From an uncultured Candidatus Saccharibacteria bacterium (GTDB lineage: Bacteria; Patescibacteriota; Minisyncoccia; Phycocordibacterales; UBA9973), in NCBI GenBank assembly GCA_964496425.1, contig CAZBZO010000004.1:23118-87117 (forward strand): a DNA stretch of 64,000 nt. The letters are read 5' to 3'. Below, piece after piece: positions 44,145 to 53,312 of the stretch. Positions within the stretch are counted from its first letter, which is position 1, and each line of letters opens with the position of its first letter. A model generated the notes under the pieces. That model saw nothing but the letters and a program-made list of their open reading frames with translations, searched no databases and was not told the DNA's origin. The translations under genes were made by a program, and so were the position numbers.

Positions 44145-45377
44145 ATGAAATTATTTACTCCTACACTTTTAGGCATTGCCGGCATTCTGCCAGCTATTTT
44201 CTGCTTCGTATTTTTTTTGTATCGCGAACCATCTTCAGCAATCAAAAGCGATCTTGCTGCTTCAGTGTTTCAAACGACGATTGATCCGGCAGCGCTTCGC
44301 CAAAGCTATCAGGAAAGTGAACGAAAAATAAAAATTCTCATCATGCCTGGACATGAGCCAGACTTTGGTGGCACTGAATATAAAACATTTAAGGAGCGAG
44401 AGTGGACCGTAGCTCTCGGCCAAGATATTGCCAATGAATTTTTGGACAATGATCAATATGAGGTACTCGTTGCTCGTGGCACAAGCGACTGGCATCCGCT
44501 CCTCAAAGAGTATTTCGTTCGCGAAGAAGCCAATATAGAGGCGTACCGTGAAGAAAAACGGCAAGCATTATCTGGCTTTCTGGAAAGTGGGGAGCTCAAA
44601 CGAAATGAAGAAAATGTAGTACATAATGTCGCGTCGCCGACTGCTGCACTGCATCTTTTCGGTATTAATAAATGGGCAAACGAAAACAATATTGATATTA
44701 TTCTTCACATTCATTTCAATGACAATGCTCGCAAGAAAACAAGCGTGCCTGGTACTTACTCTGGATTTACTATTTATGCCCCTGAGCGCCAGTACGGTAA
44801 TGCAAGTGCTTCGCTTGCTGTTGCTCAAAATATTCATGATCGTCTCTCGACACTCTTTGCAGTCAGCGACTTACCGAAAGAATCCGATGGTGTCGTGGAA
44901 GACCAAGACCTGATTGCTATTGGTCAAGGTGATAGCGTCAAAGCAGCGGCCTTGCTTATTGAATACGGGTATATTTATGAATCACGTTTTGCTGAGCCAG
45001 AGCTGCGTGAAAAAATATTCAAAGAGCTCGCACTCCAAACATATCTTGGCGTGGAAGATTTTTTTGCAGGTGAGGGAACGAAAAGCTCGCCTTCGACGAC
45101 GCTCATAGACGCAAACTGGAATCCCCAAAATCTCAAAGAAACATCGGAAGATCCGAACGTGCTCGGCCTACAAGCGCTGCTGACAAAAAAAGGCTTTTAC
45201 CCGCCGGCGGGCGAAACCAAAAATGATTGTCCACTCTCAGGCTACTATGGTGAATGTACCGTCGAAGCAATAAAAGATTTTCAATCCGCCATTGGTCTTG
45301 AGACCACGGGCGCTGTTGGACCAAAAACCCTCCAAGCATTCGAATCTGCACGAGATACGCTTTTACTGTTTCAGTAA
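44145..45377 (+). CDS. N-acetylmuramoyl-L-alanine amidase (Amidase_3) with C-terminal peptidoglycan-binding domain
   Basis: ILIMPGHE, HIHFND, LLIEYGY; C-terminal VLGLQALL...GYYG..T..AIKDFQ...TGAVGPKT. Confidence 0.85.
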   Translation: MKLFTPTLLGIAGILPAIFCFVFFLYREPSSAIKSDLAASVFQTTIDPAALRQSYQESERKIKILIMPGHEPDFGGTEYKTFKEREWTVALGQDIANEFLDNDQYEVLVARGTSDWHPLLKEYFVREEANIEAYREEKRQALSGFLESGELKRNEENVVHNVASPTAALHLFGINKWANENNIDIILHIHFNDNARKKTSVPGTYSGFTIYAPERQYGNASASLAVAQNIHDRLSTLFAVSDLPKESDGVVEDQDLIAIGQGDSVKAAALLIEYGYIYESRFAEPELREKIFKELALQTYLGVEDFFAGEGTKSSPSTTLIDANWNPQNLKETSEDPNVLGLQALLTKKGFYPPAGETKNDCPLSGYYGECTVEAIKDFQSAIGLETTGAVGPKTLQAFESARDTLLLFQ

Positions 45378-45379
45378 AA

Positions 45380-46633
45380 TTACGCTCGGGTAATATCTCG
45401 GGGGAAAAAAATATGGAGCGTCCAATCAACGACGATTTTGATTTTCTTTGAGCGTGAAATGAATTTGAAGAGATAGACTGTCCGCCAGATAAACCAGGCC
45501 AGTTTGCCATAGAGTTTGAGGCGTCCAATATTGCCGACCGCATCCCATTGCCCAAGCGATACCAGCTCCCCCGAAGATGCGAAATGAAACGGCAGAAGTG
45601 AATCGCCTCGGAGAAGTCTCGAGAAATTTTTGCCAAAATGCTTACCCTCTGCCACTGCAATCTGCGCAAGCATCGGCAAGACGGTACCATCATCATTCTC
45701 GAAATGAGCAACGTCACCCAAAGCGAAAATATTTTGATGCTGTGGGAGACGAAAATTGTGGTCGACAATAATACGTCCTTGTTTATCCAGTGGAACTATT
45801 TCCGAAAATGTCGGTGTATTGGGCGATACCCCTGCCGTCCAGACGACAGTACCAGCGGGTATCGTAGCTCCGTCAGAGAGTAGCACCTCCCCTTTGCGGA
45901 CTTCCTTGACCTTGGCATTCAAATGGAGTTCCACTTTCTTGCGCGCCAAGGTTCTCGCTGCACGAGCACGGGCATGCGGAGCAAATGGTGACAAGAGTTC
46001 ACTTCCTGCATGGACGAGATGAATACGTATGGCTTCTTTGGGAATTTCTTTATGATAAAATTTCTCAAACGTGTCGTAAAACAGCTCAGCGGCCTCAGCC
46101 GCAAGCTCCACTCCGGTCGGACCGCCGCCGACAATAACAGTCGAGAGAAGCGCTCGTTTGGCTTCAGTATCAGAAAGCAAGCTCGCTGTTTCAAACATTT
46201 CAATAAAGTTGTTACGCAACCGAATAGCATCCATAAGCGATTTCAAAACATATGAGTGTTCCTCCGCGCCAGGCGTATTAAAAAAGTTGGTACTCGCTCC
46301 TGTCGCTATTACCAAATAGTCATACGACAGCACTTCTGCAGATGTGTGTACTGTCTGTGCTTGTGGGTCGACAGATATCACATCAGCCACCACCAAGCGC
46401 GCCTGGTGACGGTAGATGATTTCCCGGATTGATTCCACAACTTGATGATGTGCGAGCCCCCCGGTCGCAGCTTCATGAAGGAGCGGGGTAAAAAGAAAAT
46501 AATTGGTCTTGTTCACAATCGTGATTTCAAGATCCTCTGCTACTTGTTTACATACAGACAAATGTGCATACAAGCCGGCAAATCCAGCTCCTAAAATAAC
46601 TAATTTTTTCTTTTGTGTGGTTATAGTATTCAT
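45380..46633 (-). CDS. ndh: type II NADH dehydrogenase (NDH-2 family)
   Basis: ILGAGFAG, FTPLLHE, IVGGGPTGVELAAE, WTAGV, FALGD, AQIA. Confidence 0.88.
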   Translation of the reverse strand: MNTITTQKKKLVILGAGFAGLYAHLSVCKQVAEDLEITIVNKTNYFLFTPLLHEAATGGLAHHQVVESIREIIYRHQARLVVADVISVDPQAQTVHTSAEVLSYDYLVIATGASTNFFNTPGAEEHSYVLKSLMDAIRLRNNFIEMFETASLLSDTEAKRALLSTVIVGGGPTGVELAAEAAELFYDTFEKFYHKEIPKEAIRIHLVHAGSELLSPFAPHARARAARTLARKKVELHLNAKVKEVRKGEVLLSDGATIPAGTVVWTAGVSPNTPTFSEIVPLDKQGRIIVDHNFRLPQHQNIFALGDVAHFENDDGTVLPMLAQIAVAEGKHFGKNFSRLLRGDSLLPFHFASSGELVSLGQWDAVGNIGRLKLYGKLAWFIWRTVYLFKFISRSKKIKIVVDWTLHIFFPRDITRA

Positions 46634-46712
46634 TAAAGCAAAGATAAAAACCTGTATTTTGATTATACACTACACGGGTCTGCTATAAATAAAATCTCAA
46701 ATCGCCCTGCTA

Positions 46713-48005
46713 CTATGGGTTTTTGATCACTCCCATAAATATTATTTCTTGAGTTTGAGTATCTCGGATCGAGACAAAAAACGGCCGATTAACTTCCATG
46801 TAAAATGTTTTTTCAGTATTAACTCCAGCCGAAGTGAGACCCACGCCAATACTGGTCACCGCAGCAGCTTCAGTACCTTCTTCATTTACATCAATGTATG
46901 TCTTGTGTTTAACTTCACTTATGACGAGTCCTTCACCAATACCAGAAAAATCAGCGCCGCTAAAAGCGACCCCCATACCAAGTTGTGTCAAAAGTGGAAT
47001 GAGGCTTTTTTCGTACTCCATTTTAAATTTTGGAAGCAAAATCGTTCCCTCAGTCGTTTGATATTTATTTATCCAGCTATTCCAGGTGGTTGCCGTGAGG
47101 TTTTGAACAAATGAATCGAGATTTTTGGGTAAGAATACGTCCATGACAATGCGCTTACTTTTCCCATACGGCATACTAATACTTTGGAAATCCACCGTTT
47201 CCAAATATGAAAAATCACCTCGTTGCTGCATGAGTGGATGCTTCTTTGCAACACCAGAAGAAAGAGTAAAGTCTCGCTCTTGAGTCATAGACGTACTAAA
47301 TTCACTTGTCCATGTGCCTTTAAAATAAATAGCATTGATTAAATACATGACCATTGTGGAAGGAATCGGCGGAGTGACAATCGTCTGTATCTTACCTTTG
47401 GTATTTTTACTTACCCAAGCATTTATCGTGTCAGCAGCCGTAGGAGCTTCAAAATTAAGTGTTGAGATTTCGGCATTGAAATAATTCGCAACGATAGTAA
47501 GAAAATCTTTTTTAAAATCCATACCCTTTCTCGCCCACAGAGAGTTGGCGACCGATAGTTCTACGTCGGGATCAGGATTTTTCAAGATATTGATAAGCCC
47601 CAGACTTTCTTGATTGACCGTCGCGAGGTCGAGATTCTGAAACTGCAAAGTGTTTTGTATGGCAGTCTTAGTCTCTCCTGCCGCACCGTTATAGACCATT
47701 GACAATGCAAGAGCAATACTTGATGGCGAAATGAAAATATTATTTTCATTTGCATCTTCTACAAGGATTTTCAAGCTATTAAATCCGAATGTAGTGTGGG
47801 CAAGTGAAATATTTTTCGGAGCTTGAGATTGGACAGATGGATTCGGGGTCGGAATTGGTACAACGCTATCATCGACATCACCAATTGGTACCACTTCAGG
47901 TATTTTTTCTATAGAACTTTTCCGTAAAACAAGGTAGCCGCCGGCGCCCGCAATAAGAAGAATAACAATAAGGATACCAAGAGGAGCAAAACCTTTTTTA
48001 TTCAT
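46713..48005 (-). CDS. serpin (serine protease inhibitor), membrane-anchored
   Basis: NIFISPSSI, INAWVSKNTKGKI, NAIYFKGTW, LPKFK, VNEEGTEAAAVT, NRPF. Confidence 0.95.
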   Translation of the reverse strand: MNKKGFAPLGILIVILLIAGAGGYLVLRKSSIEKIPEVVPIGDVDDSVVPIPTPNPSVQSQAPKNISLAHTTFGFNSLKILVEDANENNIFISPSSIALALSMVYNGAAGETKTAIQNTLQFQNLDLATVNQESLGLINILKNPDPDVELSVANSLWARKGMDFKKDFLTIVANYFNAEISTLNFEAPTAADTINAWVSKNTKGKIQTIVTPPIPSTMVMYLINAIYFKGTWTSEFSTSMTQERDFTLSSGVAKKHPLMQQRGDFSYLETVDFQSISMPYGKSKRIVMDVFLPKNLDSFVQNLTATTWNSWINKYQTTEGTILLPKFKMEYEKSLIPLLTQLGMGVAFSGADFSGIGEGLVISEVKHKTYIDVNEEGTEAAAVTSIGVGLTSAGVNTEKTFYMEVNRPFFVSIRDTQTQEIIFMGVIKNP

Positions 48006-48077
48006 ATGATAATAGTATCACCATAGATTCAGTCCAGCAAATTTAACTATACACCATAAACTATTACCTACTATTTG

Positions 48078-48159
48078 TGGGCGCGGAGAGATTTGAACTC
48101 TCAAGAGTTTCCCCATACGCTCCTGAAGCGTACGCGTATACCAGTTCCGCCACGCGCCC
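48078..48159 (-). tRNA. tRNA-Leu (anticodon CAG), CCA not encoded
   Basis: GGGCGCG acceptor stem, D-loop GGAACTGGTA, anticodon arm TACGC-TTCAGGA-GCGTA, long variable arm, GTTCAAATC T-loop. Confidence 0.95.
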
Positions 48160-48192
48160 AAATGATTGCCGTCGATTGTAAGTCCTCCACTA

Positions 48193-48990
48193 TTAATTCC
48201 CAAAATATTTTGGGTTGAGGAGATCAGCAATATCGGAAAGCGCAATATCAATGGTCACGATACCACTCGCATACGAAGCAACTTGATATGAATTGAACAC
48301 TATAGTGAGCTCATTTTCTCCAACATAGAAATTTTGATAATTGTCCGCTACCGGCTCGACTCCTTCTTTAAACCAATTAGCGCCAAAACGCCCCTCAAGC
48401 TTTTCTGTCGCAATCTGTGCGAGTGCTGGCAAATATGCTGCGCCTGACTTAAAAATAGTAGAAAGACCAATCGAGGCCCCTGTTCCAACATCATAACTTT
48501 GCGTCAAGGCAAAATTGTTGGGGTGCGCGGCGCCGCTTGAATACTGCGAGATATCAAGCTCAATGCCCAAAATCCCGTGCGCCGGACCAAAGACTTCATA
48601 GACTGTTGCAAAGGTGCTTTTGTCGTCCGCGTAAAGACTCGGATCTTGTTCGGGAAAGCTCGCGAGGTTGTCTTTGAATGCTTCAATCGAGGCTACCACT
48701 TTTTTGGCAATATCAGCATTGATTGCGTCGTTTACAGACTCTGAGAGTCCGGCAACCTTAGGATAGGTCGCATCGATAGTATATGCAGCAGTGTTTTCAG
48801 AAATCTCTCCCTCTTTCGTAGTGACCGATACGGTTTCCTCTGCGGGGGTGATACTCTCTGGTACTCCAAGCTCAACAGCAGACGGAGAAGGGCTCAGGGG
48901 CGATTTATAGATCGCTAAGTACGCCAATCCGCCGACAATAGCAATGATTACCACAATTTTCACAATTTTGCCTTTTTTCTTTCGAGCCAT
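48193..48990 (-). CDS. DUF4163/DUF3298 (RsiV-like) membrane-anchored protein
   Basis: IDATYP, YSSGAAHPN, NFYV, FNSYQVASYASG. Confidence 0.85.
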   Translation of the reverse strand: MARKKKGKIVKIVVIIAIVGGLAYLAIYKSPLSPSPSAVELGVPESITPAEETVSVTTKEGEISENTAAYTIDATYPKVAGLSESVNDAINADIAKKVVASIEAFKDNLASFPEQDPSLYADDKSTFATVYEVFGPAHGILGIELDISQYSSGAAHPNNFALTQSYDVGTGASIGLSTIFKSGAAYLPALAQIATEKLEGRFGANWFKEGVEPVADNYQNFYVGENELTIVFNSYQVASYASGIVTIDIALSDIADLLNPKYFGN

Positions 48991-49029
48991 ACCTTTATTC
49001 TAGCAAATCCCGCCCACTAACCGAAATAC

Positions 49030-49057
49030 AAAAAGCCCCGCTCGGCGGGGCTTTTTT
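49030..49057 (-). terminator. intrinsic terminator after the 20-aa basic peptide
   Basis: AAAAAGCCCCGC-TCG-GCGGGGCTTTTT. Confidence 0.8.
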
Positions 49058-49065
49058 GTAAAACT

Positions 49066-49128
49066 TTATTTCTTAGCTTTTTTCTTTTTCTTTACTTCTT
49101 TCTTTTGTGATGCGTTTCCTTTTGCCAT
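49066..49128 (-). CDS. 20-aa lysine-rich peptide (not in ORF track)
   Basis: MAKGNASQKKEVKKKKKAKK*; AT-rich leader and its own terminator. Confidence 0.6.
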   Translation of the reverse strand: MAKGNASQKKEVKKKKKAKK

Positions 49129-49201
49129 AGTAAATTTATTTTATATTAATAATATCTAAATTGTACCACAGAGCACCGTGGCGCCAATCGTCGAGATGAA
49201 G

Positions 49202-49561
49202 TTAGCCGAGCACATCATGATTTTTCTTAGGGACATCGTATGCTACTTCGTGAATAACCTTGTCGGTCGTCTTCTTTGTGAGACGCATCGCGAAGAGAAT
49301 AATTTTTCGAATAATCATAAAGATCGCCACGCTTATAAAAAGACTGATCCAAAAGAGCACTCGGAAAAATCCCATGGCATGACCGAAAAGATCTGTACAA
49401 CCCAAAATAAAAAAGAGTATGAGCCCGATCCCTGCTACAATCACGGGCCCGAGGATAAGACCAATCAACATATCGCGGACTTCGCCCGCGCCAAAGGCTC
49501 CGGGATTGGCCCGGAGCTCTTGTATCATCTTTTTGGTTTTAAACAATTGGAATATCAACAT
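49202..49561 (-). CDS. small two-TM membrane protein
   Basis: Two hydrophobic helices; co-oriented after the LapA-like gene. Confidence 0.65.
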   Translation of the reverse strand: MLIFQLFKTKKMIQELRANPGAFGAGEVRDMLIGLILGPVIVAGIGLILFFILGCTDLFGHAMGFFRVLFWISLFISVAIFMIIRKIILFAMRLTKKTTDKVIHEVAYDVPKKNHDVLG

Positions 49562-49575
49562 GATTTCCCCTACAC

Positions 49576-49917
49576 CTACTGTACAGTAGGATCTTTTTCG
49601 ACAACCACAGTCTTTTGAAGCACGACTGGTGCTTCGGCTTGCTCAAGCTTACCTTCTGTTTCAGAAAGCTTTTGCTTATGCACTGCCAAATCTTTTTCAA
49701 GTCGCTTAGCATGAGCGCGCAAATCGTTCAGCCTGAGCATTTCCGGAATAGAAAGGAGCCAGCTCACAAGCATACCAGCGACAACAGCGAGGAGCAGAAG
49801 GAGCGCCAAGCTTCCGTCGGCCTGCCAAGTGAAAAAACTCACCGTGACTGGCGTCATGTTTTGGAGAATAAAAATAATAATCGCCCCGCCAAATATAATA
49901 CCAATAATAAATAACAT
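49576..49917 (-). CDS. LapA/DUF1049-family membrane protein
   Basis: FILQNMTPVTVSFFTW, SLALLLL...G, coiled-coil tail. Confidence 0.85.
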   Translation of the reverse strand: MLFIIGIIFGGAIIIFILQNMTPVTVSFFTWQADGSLALLLLLAVVAGMLVSWLLSIPEMLRLNDLRAHAKRLEKDLAVHKQKLSETEGKLEQAEAPVVLQKTVVVEKDPTVQ

Positions 49918-49978
49918 AGAATTTTCTCTTTACGCTTATAATCGTTCGGCCTATGTTAGTAGTATAGCAAAATGTACG

Positions 49979-50701
49979 CTACTGTCCGAGGCAGGAAAGA
50001 AGCTCAGGTGATGACGTCCAGCCGCACTCCCCGCTTACCTGTCGTTCACAAGTCGCCGTTTTGTAACAGGCATAAGTTTCGTTATATTCGCAGGTCGAGG
50101 CCATATCTTTTTGGTCTGAGCAGATCTGACTGCTGCAGCCGCCGACATAACATCCAGAAACAGGAACTGGCGATGGTGCAATAGGCGCAGGCGCGAGACT
50201 TTCAACCAAGAGTCCGTTTACAACCTTGAAATATTTTTTCATGGGTACATTTGGTATGGAAGTCATTGGCTCACTTGGCATACGATCCAGGTAGGTTATA
50301 ACGATTTGATCAGAGGTACTGTTGATAGAAACTGGAACAATGCGATCTCCCACAAAAAGAGTATTCTTCCCGACAAAACCCGCATCAGAGCCTTCTGCGA
50401 AAGCAATATAATAAAACGTTCCACTACCACTACTTGCAGATGTAAGCACAAATGTCACGTCAGGAATACCCTCCCCAGTGAAATCTGCCACTTTTTCGTA
50501 CCCCACATACTTGGTCTGCTCTGCTTCTGATGTAGATACTCCACCCGTAAGGGTTACTGACTGGCCTTCTATGGTGTACGTTGTATTTTTATACCCCACG
50601 AGAGTATCTGGGGAAATAACACGTTGATCGGACCGGTACGCTATAAACGCTGCAAAAATAAGAACAACTGCAACAACAAGTATGACCATGAATGTTTTCA
50701 T
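49979..50701 (-). CDS. exported protein with C-terminal cysteine-cluster domain
   Basis: SGSGTFYY domain, then CYVGGCSSQIC...STCEY...CY...CE...CGW. Confidence 0.8.
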   Translation of the reverse strand: MKTFMVILVVAVVLIFAAFIAYRSDQRVISPDTLVGYKNTTYTIEGQSVTLTGGVSTSEAEQTKYVGYEKVADFTGEGIPDVTFVLTSASSGSGTFYYIAFAEGSDAGFVGKNTLFVGDRIVPVSINSTSDQIVITYLDRMPSEPMTSIPNVPMKKYFKVVNGLLVESLAPAPIAPSPVPVSGCYVGGCSSQICSDQKDMASTCEYNETYACYKTATCERQVSGECGWTSSPELLSCLGQ

Positions 50702-50713
50702 ATTTCAATTCTA

Positions 50714-51127
50714 TCATTTGAGCGTATGGAGTCCAAGACGCTTGAGTTCTCTCCGGCGTACCTGCCAATCCGGTATTGTTTTCGCGACCAAATCCCAAAA
50801 ATCTTTTGAATGGTTGAACTGCCCGATGTGGCAGAGCTCATGGACCACGATGTAGTCGGCAAGATGGGGCGGCAATAGTACGATGCGATAATTGAAATTG
50901 AGATTGCCGCGCTTAGAACAGCTGCCCCAGCGAGTCTTCTGATTGCGAATGGCAATGCGATGATAGGAAAAGCCGTAAAATTGATTGAAGTGCGAGAGAC
51001 GCGCATGAGCCAGCGATCGGGCCGCCTCGCGGTATGTTTCATATGTTTTCCGAGAGGAGCGCCGACGACGTGGCAGCGATACTGTCGTCCGCACAAAAAA
51101 CGGAGAGAAGAGAAAAGATGATCGCAT
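50714..51127 (-). CDS. YgjP/DUF45-like zinc metallopeptidase
   Basis: KTRWGSCS, DYIVVHELCH, NHSKDFW. Confidence 0.88.
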   Translation of the reverse strand: MRSSFLFSPFFVRTTVSLPRRRRSSRKTYETYREAARSLAHARLSHFNQFYGFSYHRIAIRNQKTRWGSCSKRGNLNFNYRIVLLPPHLADYIVVHELCHIGQFNHSKDFWDLVAKTIPDWQVRRRELKRLGLHTLK

Positions 51128-51720
51128 CAAAGTGGCATATGGCCTGCTGATTGCCAGAAGCGAATCGCATCAATCGGATGAACAAGCATAATAATATTAA
51201 GTGTTAGATTGTCACGAACAAACCAGAGTGTGCCAAGCTCCATCAAAATAATAAGTACTATAATAATCCAGAGCTTACTACGAGCCGCAACGACAAATCC
51301 GAGTCCCACAAAGAAAATATCAGAAAGTGAGTTGAAAATACTATCACCGATATACCCAAGGGAGATCGTCACCTCGCGATAGCGGTTGATAATGATAGGA
51401 GAATTTTCCAACATTTCCCAAAGCGCTTCAAGTAAAATCGCGAGCACAAAACGATACCGCAGAGGCATCTTCCGAGCAACCAGCCATAAAAGACCATAAA
51501 AAAGCAATCCGTGGATGAAGTGAGAGAATGAGTATGGATCAGCAAAACGCTGGGATTGTTCTGCACTCCAAATATCTCCTTCCCACAGTCCGATTGATCC
51601 ATCCGGACCAAACGGTAGTCGGCCGAGAGCGTATTCATACAAAGCGACCGCCGCAAATATCACGATCGTCAGAGCCAACACCCATTTATATCGTTTGAAG
51701 AAAATCGTGATGGTGGTCAT
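51127..51720 (-). CDS. DUF2585-family membrane protein
   Basis: SQRFADPYSFSHFIHG, WEMLENSP, YIGDSIFNS, RDNLTLNI. Confidence 0.88.
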   Translation of the reverse strand: MTTITIFFKRYKWVLALTIVIFAAVALYEYALGRLPFGPDGSIGLWEGDIWSAEQSQRFADPYSFSHFIHGLLFYGLLWLVARKMPLRYRFVLAILLEALWEMLENSPIIINRYREVTISLGYIGDSIFNSLSDIFFVGLGFVVAARSKLWIIIVLIILMELGTLWFVRDNLTLNIIMLVHPIDAIRFWQSAGHMPL

Positions 51721-51751
51721 ACATTTTTAAAATTGTAAAAATGCATATTGC

Positions 51752-52642
51752 TTACCCGCCAATGGCTACGCCTTCTTCGCTTTCTTGTTGTTTGAGAGTA
51801 GAGAGCACATTATTTAATAGTGGCGCTTCATAGTAGAGTGATCGAAAAGCCAACGTGTAGTTGAGACGATGGAGAAGTGTCGCGTTTTCTACTCCGACGT
51901 AGCGAAGATGCCAGGGCTCATACATATAGCCGGTCTTATCTTCCGAACCGTCAGGATAGCTAATGATAAATCCATACAGATGAGCATTATCTTTGATCCA
52001 TGTGCTTTCGGGACTATTAGCAAATCCTTTTCCAAGAGACACTTCACTTGAAACATCAAGCGTCGTGCCGAGCTGGTGCTCGCTATGACCCGACGGCGCC
52101 ACTCGATGATGGAGACCGGTGTTTAAGGTCGGCGCGTAGAGATCATACAGATAGCTCTGCATCGAGTATGATCGATAGCCTGATACTGCCACAAGCGACA
52201 GATCTTCTTTCGCCATATCGGCGGCCATACGGGCTACATTGGCGGCAGTGGATGACTCCAAACAAATCGTCTGGTTGTTGGTGAGAATAACCGTCGAAAC
52301 ATCTACCAAGCCAGGCGGCACATAGGAAGCCGGCAAACCAGCCGTAGCATTGATGGTTTTGAGAAAATATTCTTTGGCTTCTGGGCGGCCAGTCGCGGTA
52401 AACGTCGGCGCAGCTTGCGGACAGGTGCCTTTTGGCAAAAGAATCGGGGTCGGCGCGACGTCACTTAAAAGCGTATCAATCGAAGTAATAGATTCGAGAG
52501 TGCGAAGCTTCTCGCTGACTGGATCTATGACCGTAGGCGTGGCATTTGGAGCAAATGAAACAGCGTGTGCGCGTGAAATGGAGAAAAAAATACACGCAAC
52601 AAAAATAAAACTTGTGAAAAAAATTAATTTTGTGATGCGCAT
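51752..52642 (-). CDS. D-alanyl-D-alanine carboxypeptidase (M15B, VanY-like), secreted
   Basis: SGYRSY, APSGHSEHQLG..D, YEPWHLRYVG. Confidence 0.9.
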   Translation of the reverse strand: MRITKLIFFTSFIFVACIFFSISRAHAVSFAPNATPTVIDPVSEKLRTLESITSIDTLLSDVAPTPILLPKGTCPQAAPTFTATGRPEAKEYFLKTINATAGLPASYVPPGLVDVSTVILTNNQTICLESSTAANVARMAADMAKEDLSLVAVSGYRSYSMQSYLYDLYAPTLNTGLHHRVAPSGHSEHQLGTTLDVSSEVSLGKGFANSPESTWIKDNAHLYGFIISYPDGSEDKTGYMYEPWHLRYVGVENATLLHRLNYTLAFRSLYYEAPLLNNVLSTLKQQESEEGVAIGG

Positions 52643-52727
52643 ATAACTATAGACTTTATTGTACATCAAAATTTCCTACAATGAGTATAAAAGTGTGGAT
52701 TACTGCCTCTGTATTTTTGAAACGTTA

Positions 52728-52767
52728 GGAAAATAAAAAACCGGACAAGTCCGGTTTTTTATTTTCC
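52728..52767. terminator. intrinsic terminator after the SWIB gene
   Basis: GGAAAATAAAAAACCGGAC-AA-GTCCGGTTTTTTATTTTCC. Confidence 0.8.
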
Positions 52768-52777
52768 CTTATATACC

Positions 52778-53035
52778 TTAGGAGAGGTGCTTGGAAACGA
52801 GTTTGGTCATTTCAAACATATTCACTACGGCTTTTCCGCCAAACACCTTTTTCAAGGCTTCGTCGGCGACGATATTGCGCTTATTCTTTGGATCTTGAAG
52901 ATCGTGCTTCTTGATGTAGACCCAGAGTGCTTTCACGACCTCAGAGCGAGGCATAGGACCTTTTCCGACGACAGCCGCGAGCTCTTCGCTCACTGTCATT
53001 GGCTTCATAAATGCAGAGTTTGCTTTTGCTGGCAT
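52778..53035 (-). CDS. standalone SWIB/MDM2-domain protein
   Basis: SEELAAVVG, RSEVVKALWVYIKKHDLQDPKNKRNI, MFEMTKLVSKHL. Confidence 0.92.
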   Translation of the reverse strand: MPAKANSAFMKPMTVSEELAAVVGKGPMPRSEVVKALWVYIKKHDLQDPKNKRNIVADEALKKVFGGKAVVNMFEMTKLVSKHLS

Positions 53036-53103
53036 ATGTGTAGCAGGCAATACCCTCTCGGGTATGCAGCTTAAATTAACTTTTTAATAATACCTCCAAA
53101 GTT

Positions 53104-53229
53104 CTACGCTCTCTTCTTGCGACGAGCCGCTTTTGCAGCTAGCATCTCTTTTTTCACTCCGAGACGCTTTTTCGTTTTTCGAGAACGCGATGTCTTATTT
53201 TTAATATCCTGACTTGCTCGTTTTGCCAT
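53104..53229 (-). CDS. 41-aa highly basic protein (not in ORF track)
   Basis: MAKRASQDIKNKTSRSRKTKKRLGVKKEMLAAKAARRKKRA*; TATACT 7 nt before the ATG. Confidence 0.7.
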   Translation of the reverse strand: MAKRASQDIKNKTSRSRKTKKRLGVKKEMLAAKAARRKKRA

Positions 53230-53312
53230 ATGGATGAGTATACCGTACTTAGAGGCATTTGTCTTCCCCTAGGGAAAGTTATACACAGGTGGCACAATCC
53301 GAGGCCCTAAGC

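Noticed and set aside
45380-46633. NDH-2 as evidence of respiration
   Set aside because: A lone NDH-2-family flavoprotein is common and no other respiratory genes are in the window.
48078-48159. tRNA-Leu as an integration site for an island
   Set aside because: I saw no duplicated tRNA 3' end and no integrase in the window.
53279-53287. Perfect DnaA box TTATACACA (near matches at about 52694 and 32404)
   Set aside because: Isolated boxes with no cluster, unwinding element or dnaA/dnaN nearby; insufficient for oriC.
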